A stretch of DNA of 64,000 nucleotides, taken from contig OX597824.1 of the NCBI GenBank assembly GCA_951406725.2, positions 4,030,001-4,094,000 on the forward strand. Reading direction: 5' to 3'. Source of the stretch: Octopus vulgaris. Taxonomy: Eukaryota. The stretch's first letter is position 1; every line of letters begins with the position of its first letter. The position numbers were made by a program, and so were the translations under genes. The notes below the pieces were generated by a model. That model was given only the letters and a program-made list of their open reading frames with translations, was not told the DNA's origin and made no database searches. This document shows positions 24,995 to 38,036 of the stretch, piece after piece.

Positions 24995-26060
24995 TTTAGT
25001 ATGAGAAAATGGATTGAACAGGTTTTATTACAATTCACTAAAATCATTTCAATGCCTAATTATCAGCTGTTAATTGTTGATTGTTACATCAATTATACGC
25101 AATATTGCATTAATCTGGTTCAACAATAGCTGTATCCAACATGCACATCCTGGGGTGACCAGAGTCAAAGAACTGCTGGTTCATCTTCACTTTCTCCATG
25201 TTATATATCCATAGCAACAAGAACATACAAAGAGAGGCACATAATAAAAAAAAAAGCACAAAAACAAATTAAGGGAATTAAGCACAGACTTGTGTGGAAT
25301 TTTAGAAAATAAAATAAAGAACATTTAAAGAGAAGAATGGCATAAAAGGATGACCTCCAACAATTACCTGTTTCTTGTGTCTGTTACCATTCCACTTCAA
25401 AGAAAACCAGTTCACTTCCTTAACTCAGCAGGGTACCAAAATTTGTCACTTTACAGACTTAATTTGAGATTTACCATATCACTGGCACCCTCTTTACCCT
25501 GTTGCTTTTCAAGTCATTCAAGTCATTAAGAGAGACCATTAACTAATAAACTTACTTGCACTCACACACACACACATGTGCATATACATTTATTCAACCC
25601 TAATGTACATACACATGTATATACATACATATATTCATCCAAACATACGCTTGCACTTCCCATTCTCATGTATGTGTACCCAGTCATTCTACTCCGCTGA
25701 TGAAACCTACAATCACACACATAAAATAAAAAACTGTTTCCCTATTTCTTTCCATTCATCTGCAATTATGAGTTTATGCTTAAAAAGGAATTTAATTCTA
25801 TGAAAAGAAATTTTAATTCTATAGGATAAATTTACAGGGTTTGTATATACCTACGTCATTCTGTATATCATGATATGTCTGTTTGAGTGTAAAAGATACC
25901 GCTATAGAAATACTTTCAATATATAGATTCTATAATTACACCTTAGTAGTGCATATATATACATACATACTTAGTCATGAATACATCTATCCTATGGGTG
26001 CTTCATTTTTATCCCCAAATGACTTTACACATACAAACTATTATGAAATTACATTATATA

Positions 26061-26151
<91 letters not shown>

Positions 26152-26200
26152 ATATACATTTATATATACATCAATTTAATAATATAAATAATAATAATAA

Positions 26201-26815
26201 ATGCCCTGATGCAGTACCAGGCAGTGGTTCTCAAGGCGTAAGAAGTGTTATCATGTCTTGGTGCAAGTGTGAAGGTAGAACACTAACAACAACAAAGATT
26301 AGCATTCCTTAGAACTACAAGAATTATTCGCATGGTTTGTCTTGGTATAAAAGATGGGCTGCAGCAAATATTCTGCTCAATACCACAGATTTGCTTGTCA
26401 TTTGTTTGACCATAACCTGTTGAGCATGTCCTTTAGTGGCTGACAATATGTGCATCTCTGATCACGAGCAGAAGTAGTGGGGGTGCATCATAGCCTTTTG
26501 TGGAGAGGGATTCTTTGGAGTTTGGATAATTCACCTCTGGAAACATGGGTGTTTTGTTCAACATCCTTTAAACAGCTATTATTCAGGGACCTTTTGAGCA
26601 GGATGGGCTACTCTACCTGAACAAAATTCTAATTGGGCCCCACCTGCAAGGTCATGTGCTGTTTATCTTGATATGAGATCACCATGTTGTGCACATATAG
26701 TTGTGATGCATGTCCCTGGTGTACCCTTATCAGACGGGTAGTCATGATGGGTATACTGGGCTTCGTATATTTTACTCCAACATCACCCTGATGGCATGCG
26801 CTGCTCTCTCACTCA
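26201..26815 (+). mobile_element. (AAT)n-associated ~520-bp repeat carrying a ~73-bp foreign insert
   Basis: Both termini present, flanked by (AAT)n; insert at 26260-26332. Confidence 0.8.
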
Positions 26816-26839
26816 ATAATAATAATAATAATAATAATA

Positions 26840-27890
26840 AGAGAATAGAATTTGGACTCAAGAAGTGCAGAGTAATCCACCTAAAAAGAGGCAAGGTATG
26901 GCTCCTAGCAGGGGATAGAATTACCAAATAGAGACTTGATTAAGCAAATTGAAATGGAAGGATACAAATATCTTGGTGTACTAGAGTTCAATGGGTTAGT
27001 GGAAAAGGAAATGAAAGAGCAACTGAGGATGGCGTATTTCCAAAGACTGAGGTTGGTGTTGCACTCAAAATTGATTGCATGGAATAAAATTCAAGCAGTT
27101 AATATGTGGGCAATAACATCACTTCGGTATGGAGCAGGGATTATAAATGACAATGCACAGCTCAAGAACAAGTGTTAAGAACCAATTATGTGAAGTGCAG
27201 AATAGCTAACGCTACCAATAGTGACAAATGCAGAATTTATGGTGAGAGGGGGGAAATGGTATGGCACTTCGTTAGAGAATGTACGAAACTGGCATTATGT
27301 AATTACAAAAGGAGCCATGACAGTGTGGAAAGAATGATCTATTTGGAACTCTGTGGAAATTATTGCCTACAAAGAGCAAAGACTTGGTATGTAAAAACTC
27401 CAGAAGGAGTCACTGAAAATGAGAATTGCAAAATCCTGAGAGATGCAATAATCTAGTGCAATACCCTGACCAGACATCGGAAACTGGACATTGTTGTGGT
27501 GAATAAAAAAGAAAGAACTTGCATGATAATCGACATAGCATGTCCCAGGGACAACAGGATCAATGTGAAAGAAGAAGGAAAAATAAACAACTATGACGAT
27601 TTGAAGTGGGAAACAGAAAGATTGTGGTCAATGAAGAGAGTACAGGTGATACCAATATTAATTGGTGCACTTGGAAGTATCAGTACTCAATTACCAAAAT
27701 GGCTGAAAAAGATCGGTGCAAGTCTGAAGGTAGAACACTAACAAAAATTCGCATTCCTTGGAACTACAAGAATTATTCGCAGGGTTTTTGAAGCATGACC
27801 AGTAAACAAGTGTCACCTTAGTCTACTGGCTGTGGACAGCTGACACATTCCATCATACCCAGCACAATGAGCTGTGACTTTACATATAAT
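26840..27890 (+). pseudogene. 5'-truncated R4/Dong-clade LINE (late RT, zinc knuckle, restriction-like endonuclease)
   Basis: FGLKKC, YKYLG, NKIQAVN, AQEQVLRTN, KCRI..ERGE..WH..REC, DIVVVNKKERTCMIIDIACP.D....KE..K...Y..L, IPILIGALG; several stops and frameshifts; lies between (TAA)n tracts. Confidence 0.9.
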
Positions 27891-27902
27891 AATGATAATA
27901 AT

Positions 27903-28272
27903 ATAAGGACCTGGAAATTGAAATACAAAAGATGAGGCATCTTAAAGCAAGCATTGATCCTGTTATTGTGGGTATCCTAAGTATGATAAGAGAAAGATGT
28001 CAGAAACATTTAGATAACATCCCAGGAGAACCATGTCTCAGAGAAATCCAAAAGCTTGTGCTGACAAGTACAGCCCACATCCTAAGAAAAACTTTATCAA
28101 TGTAAATGTCTGTGTTGTATCACATAAAGATATTTCGCTACTTCCCCTGCCACTTGCCCCCCCCCCCCCCAAGCTTTCAGTCATACTGTAACATCTCTTA
28201 CTTGTCACTCACCTTAGGATGCTGGGTGTGCCTCAGCGAGTTAGTGTAACACAGATGCAGATTAAAAGTAAA
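27903..28272 (+). mobile_element. R4/Dong-like LINE 3' end (second family)
   Basis: YKDLEIEIQKMRHLK...EIQKLVLTSTAHILRKTLSM*, then UTR and (TAA)n. Confidence 0.8.
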
Positions 28273-28374
28273 TAATAATAATAACGATGATTTCAAAGTT
28301 TTGCTACAAGGGGAGGGGATTAAGTTGATGCCCCAGTGTGGAACTGGTACTTATTTAACCAACCCTGAAATAAT

Positions 28375-28780
28375 AACTCTTTCTGCTATATGCACAAGGC
28401 CTGAAATTTGGCGGGTGGGAGTTAGTTGACTACATCAGCTTCAGTGCTTGGCTTGTAATCAATTTATTAACCCTGAAAGGATGAACGGCTAAGTCAACCT
28501 TGGTAGAATCTGAACACAGATTGTAAAGACGTAAGGAATGCTTGCTAATAAGCATTTTGTTCCAGGTGCTAATGATTCTGCTAATGACTCACGTTAATTA
28601 GAAAAGGTTTACATTTTAGCACAAGGTCAGCAAGATTGGAGCAGGGGGTAAGTTGATTATGTTGGTACCAGTGCTCAACTGGGGTTTATTTTGTGTACCT
28701 TGAAAGGATGAAAGGCAAAGTCTACCGTGGCAGATTTTGAACTCAGAATATGCTAACAATCCTGCCAGCTCATTAACTTA
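28375..28780 (-). mobile_element. Two tandem decayed Nin/Deu-like SINEs
   Basis: CCTGAAAGGATGAA.GGC.AAGTC.ACC motif occurs twice. Confidence 0.6.
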
Positions 28781-29080
28781 ATTATTAATAATAATGAGAA
28801 TAATTGGAGACTTAGAGGACAGGTGAAGCTGTCTAATTTGAAGGGAGTCACTGAAGAGGATGACTAAAGAAGACATAGGGAGAAGAATTGGTGGAGGAAG
28901 GGGGTGAGTTCCATGCCGAAGATGATGAAATACTGCAACAAGGGGCAAGACATTGGGGCCAGAATAAACCTGTCTGAACCCATGTTAGCAAGAAAAACAA
29001 AATAAAAGTAAAAATAACCTCAACATTGTTGATTATTTTCTGTCTTATTGTAATGTGACAGAATACACACACATGTACAT

Positions 29081-29131
<51 letters not shown>

Positions 29132-29150
29132 TTATATACATATATGTATG

Positions 29151-29203
<53 letters not shown>

Positions 29204-30239
29204 TTATATATTTATACATATATACATAGACATGTTTATTTATGTGCAAAATATTGTATGTATATATATTAATATATATATATTTATTTGTACACATCCA
29301 CTGATATCAGTGGGTATTTGGCATAAGATGTGGTTGGGAAACAGCAAGAGACGTTTTCCTTGCAATGTTATTATTGTTAACAATTGGAAACTGTTGAAAG
29401 AAAATGGTTTTAATAATTAATGAAGGAAAAAAAAGTGACTAGACATGGCAGCTGCATTTGAAAACATGAAAACCAATATGAATATTGGTTAAATAGATAA
29501 TAGTGGACAGAAAGATCTGGAATGGCAGTGGTGGTGGTGGTGGGCAGCAGCTGTATTGGTGTTGTTAGGGTATTGTTGTCAAAGTAGTAAGATTAATGTG
29601 TTGATACACGTGGGCCACCACTGCAAGGTTGTTTTGTTGCTGTTGTTGTTATATAGCCCCTGGTTAGGCCAGATTGAGCAGACCTACGATAGAAGATGTA
29701 GCAGCAATTAGCATTCTTTACTTTGTTTAGACAGTATGATTGGGACTACACTGTCTAATATGACCTTCCTTTTTGTATAATGATGTGTAAAGATAGGAGG
29801 GAAATTTGGTTGTTATTTCTTGCAAGGTATGTAATAGTGTGACAGTTCCCTCATAACTAAACTTCTGATGAAAACCTTCCCAATTATAACTATTCCATCC
29901 TTTTCTTGGGCATTGTGTATCTAGGAATACATTGTCACATCTGTTTCAAGACATTACAGTGGTGTGAACAGAAATTTCATTGTCTAAGTTTTCATTAAAA
30001 GAACAGCTGAAGAATTTGTCTTTGAGCTGATATTACAAAAGAATCGGCATTTGACTATTATCTCATTTGCTCAGTGAGGTGAAGAAATTGTTTTGGGTCA
30101 CCAAATTCAGAAAAGAACTCCACCTGTTGAGCTACAAGGAAACTTATTGTTAAAGACCTTCTAATTGTGACCACCCCTTTTATTAATATTTTTTAAGCAT
30201 AATGTATAGAAATGTGTGTTATGAGGCAGAATATAATGA

Positions 30240-30432
30240 TTAGCTGCAGAATTTGTGGAAGATGGGAAGAAACGATCCTCACGTGGAAATTATGTTAGAT
30301 TCATGAAAGACTAGCAGAGTTGGTATATGCATACATCAGAAAAGGTCTCAGGGAATGACAAAGTGACCATGGTCTGAGACTTGCCAATCCATAGAGACAG
30401 GGAAATTAAGGCTAATTGTTAGATATTGTTAT
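30240..30432 (+). pseudogene. R4/Dong-like endonuclease-region fragment
   Basis: WYMHTSEKVSGNDKVTMV*DLPIHRDREIKANC*DIVI resembles W.H.PE.V.END...ILWD..I.TD..I.ANRPDIVI. Confidence 0.6.
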
Positions 30433-30888
30433 CAAATATTCTGCTCAATACCACAGATTTGCTTGTCAGTTGTTTGACCTTAACCAGTTGAGTATGTCCC
30501 TTAGTAGCTGACAATATGTGCATCTCTGATCACGAGTAGAAGTAGTGGGGGAGCATCATAGCCATGTGCTGAGAGGGATTCTTTGGGGTTTGAATGATTC
30601 ACCTCTGGAAACATGGGTGTTTCATTCAACATCCTTAAACAACCCTTAATCAGGGATCTTTTGAGTGGGATGGGTTACCCAACCAGAAGAAAATTCTAAC
30701 TGGGCCCCACCTGCAAGGTCATGTACTGTTTATCTTGATATGAGATCACCATGTTGCGCACACATGGTTGTGATGCATGTGCCTGGTGTACCCTTATGAG
30801 ACGGGTAGTCATGATGGGTATACTGGGCTTCGTATATTTGTACCCCAGTGTCACTTTGATGGCATGCACTGCTCTCTCACTCACTCAA
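30433..30888 (+). mobile_element. 5'-truncated (AAT)n-associated repeat
   Basis: Homologous to 26201-26815. Confidence 0.8.
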
Positions 30889-30908
30889 TAATAATAATAA
30901 TAATAATA

Positions 30909-31268
30909 GCACTCAGAGAGTGAAAACCTCTGCCAAGGCAACACCAACGATCTCTCAAGGATTAGCCAGAGATGGTTTTTAGAATGAGAATATCTGAAAT
31001 AAATTCAATTGCTTTCACAAACAAGAATACTAAAAGTGAACCCAACTGCTCTCAAAAATTAAGTTAAAAAAATGGAAAAATAATCCAGAATCCTTTTCCA
31101 GTACCAGATCAGTTCTAAAATCTAATCAGTTCGTGTCAGTCATGAGGCAAAACATCCCTGAAAGTTTCATCTGAATCCATCCAGTGATTCTTGAGATATC
31201 ATGTCTGTGGACAAACAAACAAACACAACTGAAAACAATATCTCCGCCTTCGCTAAGGTGGAGGTAAT
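30909..31268 (-). mobile_element. Helentron-associated (HINE/DINE-like) non-autonomous element
   Basis: Minus strand: terminal hairpin ACCTCCACCTTAGCGAAGGCGGAG, (GTTT)n, sub-terminal inverted TTGGCAGAGGT and a terminal palindrome CACTC-TCT-GAGTG. Second copy at 44754-45123. Confidence 0.6.
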
Positions 31269-31269
31269 A

Positions 31270-31485
31270 ATCCTTTGTAGTAAAGACACAAGGCCTGTAA
31301 TTTTAGGAGAAGGATGGGGGCCGGTTGATTAAGCAACCCCTGTGCTCAATTGGTTGTTATTTCATTGATCCTGAAAGGATGAAAGGCAAAGTCAACCATG
31401 GCAGAATTTGAACTCAGAACGTAAAGAATTGGATGAAAAGCTGCTAAACCTTTTGTCTGCTGTAAAAATGATTCCACTGTCTCAC
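31270..31485 (-). mobile_element. Nin/Deu-like SINE
   Basis: CCTGAAAGGATGAAAGGCAAAGTCAACC...GAATTTGAACTCAGAACG on the + strand. Confidence 0.65.
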
Positions 31486-32211
31486 CAACAGTAGTAGTAG
31501 TAGTAGCAATAATAATAATAAAAATGTATAAAACAAGCAAAAGCAGGACAATTCCCTCGAAGCATCAAGTTAGGCAGAATTTAATGGTTCTGTAAGTATT
31601 TCTGAAAGTTAACGCCAAAAATTCTCCTGAGTTATTAATGATGTAGAAGCACTTGATTCAAAAAAAAAAAGGAAGAAAATTATTATATAATAAAAGCAAA
31701 AAAACAATAAAACAAAGCAAATGAAGATAATAAAAGATCTCCCATAATTCTTGAACACTTTCTTTCATTGCTTCGAAAGTATCTTCATTTCATTTCATTT
31801 CGTTTCGTTTTGTTTTCTTTTATTCTTTGGAAACCATTTGTCTTTCATCTCCTCATGCTTATGTCATAACCTTCATGTTAAAACACCCATTTTTACCGTT
31901 CCACTTCAGATTTGTCTGTAATAATTTTCCAAAAGACTAAATTTAAATTTAGAAGCAGAAGGAGAAGAGAGAGAAAAAGACAACAGCGTTTAATTATTTA
32001 TTTACTTATCTGCTTTCTTTTTTATTCATTTCTTTCTTTCCATATCTTATTTTCTGTTATTGCAAAGAATTCTATCTTATTTTCAAGAATTTGAGATTGA
32101 CAGAATTTATATAATGGTCTTGATATTTTTATCTTGTTCAAGATAATGATATATATATATGTATGTATGTATATATATGTATGTATGTGTATATATGTAT
32201 ATGTATGTGTA

Positions 32212-32250
<39 letters not shown>

Positions 32251-33110
32251 GTATGTGTATATATATAGACACGCACACATACTGACATAGATATGTGCAT
32301 AGATATATATGTACTCACACGCATACACACATATATATATATATATATATATATTATCTATTTATGTCAGTGTAGACTAGAAAAACTGAAATTAGCTTAA
32401 ATGTTATAATCCTCAGCATAGATGTTAAAACAGTGATTTCATTCTGAAATAAGAATCCAAATACACTGTTTCTATGTAGAAATACATTCTTCCTCAGCTA
32501 TTAATGTACAGAAAAATGGGTGTGTCTCTTGACAGACTGTCTCATGGTTGGGTGAGTGCTCCTCAGGGAAGATGCATACAGTTTCCTTTCCCCATTCAAC
32601 TGTATAGGTCAGCTGCTATATAAAGCAGTCATAAATAAGTCTAGCCCAGTGGCGGGTTGCCTAATTTGCATATTTGTACTTTTGATAGTTCATCGTTAAT
32701 TGAGCAATATTTATTTATGCACATACACATATCTGCATAAATGTCTATATATATCTTATCACATGCAAACATACATGCAATCACATATACACATTCACAC
32801 ATACTCATGTGTTCGTGCATTCATGTGTAGAGAGAAGCACATCTGTTTTATTAGGATAATATATCATCATCATCATCCTCATCATTGTTGTCATCATTTC
32901 AATATCCACTTAATAAATTAAAGCAGATTTTCTATAGCAGGATGCTCTTTCTGTCACCAACCTTCCCCAATTTCTGAGTAACAAATATAACACAAATATC
33001 TCAGTGGCCAGATAAGTATTCGCAACCGATTGACAACAAACGAGACCGTGTTTTGTATGAATGGTGCCTTTGTTTACATTTGGTATGCAATTGTCAAGAC
33101 AAGCAGATTT

Positions 33111-33145
<35 letters not shown>

Positions 33146-33774
33146 GACAGACAGACGGAGAAAGGAGGAGGAGAAAAAGAGAGAGAGCAAGAAGAGTAAA
33201 AAAGAGAGAGAGAAAGTTAGAGAGAGAGATGAATAGAAAAGGGGGAGAGAGTAAGAGAGAGTCATTCAAATTATTAAACAATATTTTTATAATTTTTATA
33301 AGCAAAAACAATAAAACAATAAATTTTAAAATACAAATATTTCCCAAAAAAAATCTTGGTTTCCATTGGAAATAAAGCAAACAATAATAATCATAAAAAC
33401 GGAGGACAATAGTAGTGGATGGGTGGGTGAGTGGGGTGGGTGGTTGAGAGAAACGAACTCCTTGAAAGAAATATATCACCTCCATAAAATGGATCAAAGC
33501 AAATTTCTTTTTTCTTTTTCTTCATTTTTCTTTCAAGCGTTCAACAAGTAGACACTTGCAACAAAAATTGAAGACATCAACATTGTTTTTGTTGCCATTG
33601 TTTTTCTTTGTTTTTGTAATATGAAAAATTTATTTGTGTTTATTTATTTATTTATTCATTTTTGCAGCTGTTAGTTTTTTTTTTTGTTCAGGTGGTGCAT
33701 GTGTGTGTATGGGTGAGTGTGTGAGGTAAGGTATTTCTGCAATGATCACATAGTCACACATGGACACACGTATG

Positions 33775-33848
<74 letters not shown>

Positions 33849-33940
33849 CATACATACATAGATATAGATATGTATTCGTGTCTATCTATCTTTCTTTATA
33901 CACACGCACGCATGCACACACATATATACATACCTATAGT

Positions 33941-34173
33941 TAAGGCGGCAAGCTAGCAGAATTGTTAGCGCGCCGGGCGAAATGCTTAGCGGTATTTCGT
34001 TTACAGTTACGTTCTGAGTTCAAATTCCGCCGAGGTCGACTTTGCCTTTCATCCTTTCAGGGCTCGATAAATAAAGTACCAGTTTCACACTGGGGTCGAT
34101 GTAATCAACTTAAGCCGTTTGTCTGTCCTTGTTTGTTCCTTCTATGTTTAGCCCTTTTTGGGTAGTAAAGAAA
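33941..34173 (+). mobile_element. Young Nin/Deu-like tRNA SINE
   Basis: Very similar to 53766-53998 and 62265-62497; CpGs retained. Confidence 0.85.
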
Positions 34174-35991
34174 TATATATATATATATACATGCCCATTG
34201 ACACACTGGAAGAATTCAAATAGAACCTGACCAAACCAACTGAAACCATAAATGATGACCAATTCGTTAAAACAATAATGCAGAGAGAGGGAGCAAGGGG
34301 GGAAGAGAGAGAGAGAGAAGTAGCAGTGTTGTATAACATCATTTTGTACGATAATATTTTCTTTTTCTTGCTCAACGAAACTCTGTCAGTTTTTATAGGT
34401 TAAGAGCAGACAAGTTAACAAGGAGGGAAATACAGCAGTTGATGTAGTGTGCCTTATATACACACAGTATATAGGCACAAACGTGGCCGAGTGGTTAAGA
34501 AGTTCATTTCATAATACTGAAAAAATGTCAGAGTTTGTTTTCATAATGTGCATTTTATATAAAACAGAGAGAATCACATTTTATTGAGAGGTTTCCGTAT
34601 AGAAAAAAGTTTTCACATTAAAATTTTACCAAATAAATTTCAGTGCATGTTTTAACAAAATAAGTTCTTTAGGAGAAGGAAAATTACATTTTACTAACCG
34701 GTTTCATTGTCCATGAATTTCAAAGTTTAAAGCATGTTCTTCAATATTTCTTTAGCCCATGTGGTAAAAATATATATTGAAGAATATACTGCCGGTCGTG
34801 ACAATATACATTCATTCGTTCAACTGAACTACCTGCATGTAACTGGCTGAGTGTACCACAGACCTTTAATATGCCTTTAATATAATCCTGAGACAGAATC
34901 AGCTAGACACAATGTGTGACAAGACGGGACCTTTGAATTACAGAATTAATCCATCCCATGCTTAGATTCTAAACAGGTTTTGTTTTCTCACTTTCAATGT
35001 TAAGGCTTGGCTCAGTTCAATGCTATCATACAAATCACTTGCCTAAGATGCTCCATGAGAGGATTGAAACCAGGTCCCCATAATTGCTGAGTGAATTCCT
35101 TTGGATATATATGCACATATATATGTGTATGTGCAACATTATACACACACACAAGCAAATACATACACACACGCACACACACACACAAATGCACAGATGA
35201 ATAACTAACATATGCACACATACATACAAATCTAACACACTCAGGCAGACACACACACACACACACACAAAATACATACTCACAGACAAGTACAGACACA
35301 TACACGCATAACCTTCACACATACACATGTACATATAGACACACACTTCCTGACACACATACACTATGATACAATGATACAAAGCCCATATCTACAGAAA
35401 CACACACACATAGAAAATCCTCACACTCAGTCATATACACAAAACCAATACCTACAGGCAAACTCTCATACACACATACACATGCACACACACACACACA
35501 CACATGTATGCATATATCTTAACCGTTGATGTGTGGTTAAGAGGTTCATTTTTGCAGCCATATGGTTCTGAGTTTGATGCTACCAAACAGCATTTTGGAC
35601 AAATGTCTTCTTCTATCTTGGGTTAATCAATAACTCGGGAATGGAATTTGGTAGATATCCATTAGAGCTATTTAATAACACACAGTCAAAAGGTGCAACA
35701 ACTTGCTGCCCACAGACTTGGCAGTCAACAACTCTTTGGAATTTCACATCGACTGTCATTGCATAAACAAAACACTTGAGAACTTTCTACAGTGGCAAAA
35801 CTATTCCATTCTTTTTGTCTTTCATTGAATGCAAGCTGTAGTGGTCATAAGCATATCTACTGCAGACTCACTTGCATGTACAGTACATGAGATTATTAGA
35901 AAACATTTTCTGGTGTATTTCTGCATGCTGCAGACTCACTTGCATGTACACAAACTCATAGTCATACACACTCATATTTACACATGAATAT

Positions 35992-36036
<45 letters not shown>

Positions 36037-36639
36037 TCTTTATTTCTAAGATTTGAAACTATTATTATCATTGATACTAATATTATCTTGATCAGCATAC
36101 ATCTCATTACCAAATTAACAATGAGTTAAAAAATATTTTCTTGTTTTGTTATTAAAATAGAATAAAGGCCTCTTAACTAATTAGTTCTGCATTTCAATTT
36201 TTGGTTGAATTTATATTTTCTACTCACAGGTAAATGAGTAGCCCCTGAGGTATGAGTTTTATAAAGGATTGCTAATTTACTTAATTAATTGACTCAGTAC
36301 TCATTGCAGTTGTCATTGACTGACTTTCAGTTTAGAAATAGTAAAATATAACTCTGGCATGTTGCTGAAGACTGGGTTTTCAGTATTGCTTGTGTCACAC
36401 TCCTGGGAATGTAAAGAAAAGATTATGTGTGAGAGGTGCCAGCCACCTTCAGAACGTCCAAGAGAAATATTGTAAGATGGTAAAGGATTGGTTTTTGGTC
36501 CCTGGGAACTGGGTCCTCTCGTAATTCATAAAACTTGACTTTTTGTAATATTCATGGGTCCCTCTTTAGCTCTAAGGGCTCCAGTTCAATGAATTAGCTG
36601 AGCTCTCCTTTCATCCATGTATATATATATATACACATA

Positions 36640-37188
36640 AAGCACCATTCGAGCATGGTCAATGCCAGTGCCAGATGACTGGTCCCATGCCAGTGGCACA
36701 TAAGAACTACCGTTCAAGCTGACTGACTGGCTCCTGTGCCAGTGGCATGTAAAAAGCACCATTTAAGCATGGCTGATGACAGTCCCACCTGACTGGCCCT
36801 CATGCTGGTGGCATGTAAAAAGCAACATTCGAGTGTGGTCAATGCCAGTGCCACCTGACTGGCACCCATGCCAGTGGCATGTAAAAAGCACTATTTAAGC
36901 ATGGTCATTGCCAGTGCTGCGTCACTGGCTCCCATGATGGTGGCACATAAAACGCACCATTCAAGCATGGCTGATGCCAGTACCACCTGACTGGCCCTCA
37001 TGCTGCTGGTACATAAAAAGCACCCACTACACTCTCGGAGTGGTTGGTGTCAGGAAGGGCATCCAGCAGTAGAAACCTGGCTTGATCAGATTGGAGCCTG
37101 ATGCAGCCTTCTGGCTTGCCAGCCCCCAGTCAAACTGCCCAACCTATGCCAGCATAGAAAGCGGATGGTAAATGATGATGATGATGAT
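36640..37188 (+). mobile_element. RTE LINE 3' UTR with ~6-7 tandem ~60-bp units
   Basis: AAGCACCATTC.AGCATGG...GCCAGT...ACTGG...TGCC.GTGGCA repeated, then AGGAAGGGCATCCAGC and (GAT)n. Confidence 0.85.
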
Positions 37189-37721
37189 ATGTATATATGT
37201 ACCATTATATAATGGTTTGTTTCTTCCTCTGTGACAGTCTTTCCCTCCACAAACCATCATCCAAGCAGTTATTTCTTTAGCATGTAGTTATCGGTCCCTC
37301 TGCTTAATACCAGTTCTTGCTCTCTTTCTTCTTCTTTTTCATCAGCGTTCACTATTGTGGACGTCTCCTCCAGTTACAACTACGATAACCACTACAATTT
37401 TACATTTTCTGGGTTCTAAGCTATCTTTTTTTGACAAAGGCTTGGAAAGTATTTAGCAGAGGAACCCCTGTTTGGGTGTGATTACTATTTCCAAGCTTCT
37501 CACAGCTAGGAAATATCATGTAGCTTGGATTTTACCTGCTCCAATTCTCTAAATTTGGATTATTATTCACACAATCAGCAACCCCAGTTGCTTACTGTGA
37601 ACTATAAAATAACCTTTTCCCAGTTTATCGAACTTTGATATGGGAAAAATGTGCAGCCTTCTACATCAATAAACCACTTGAAAGTTGTTTTTTATAGATA
37701 GATATAGGTAGATATAGACAG

Positions 37722-37790
37722 ACAGGTAGATACATACAGGTAGATACATACAGGTAGATACATACAGGTAGATACATATAGGTAGATACA
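37722..37790. repeat. 14-bp minisatellite (ACAGGTAGATACAT)n
   Basis: About 5 copies, read directly. Confidence 0.85.
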
Positions 37791-37839
37791 TACATCCATA
37801 TATGCATGTATATATGTATTGTGTGTGTGTGTGTGTATA

Positions 37840-37871
<32 letters not shown>

Positions 37872-37908
37872 AAACACACATATATATATACATATATGTA
37901 TAATTATA

Positions 37909-37982
<74 letters not shown>

Positions 37983-37992
37983 CACACACAAA

Positions 37993-38036
<44 letters not shown>

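Noticed and set aside
35860-35950. 23-bp direct repeat CTGCAGACTCACTTGCATGTACA separated by 45 nt
   Set aside because: Only two copies; an ordinary local duplication with no further structure.
36640-37025. CRISPR-like look of palindromic repeats with intervening sequence
   Set aside because: The intervening segments are homologous to each other, the array is part of an RTE 3' UTR, the DNA is eukaryotic and there are no cas genes.
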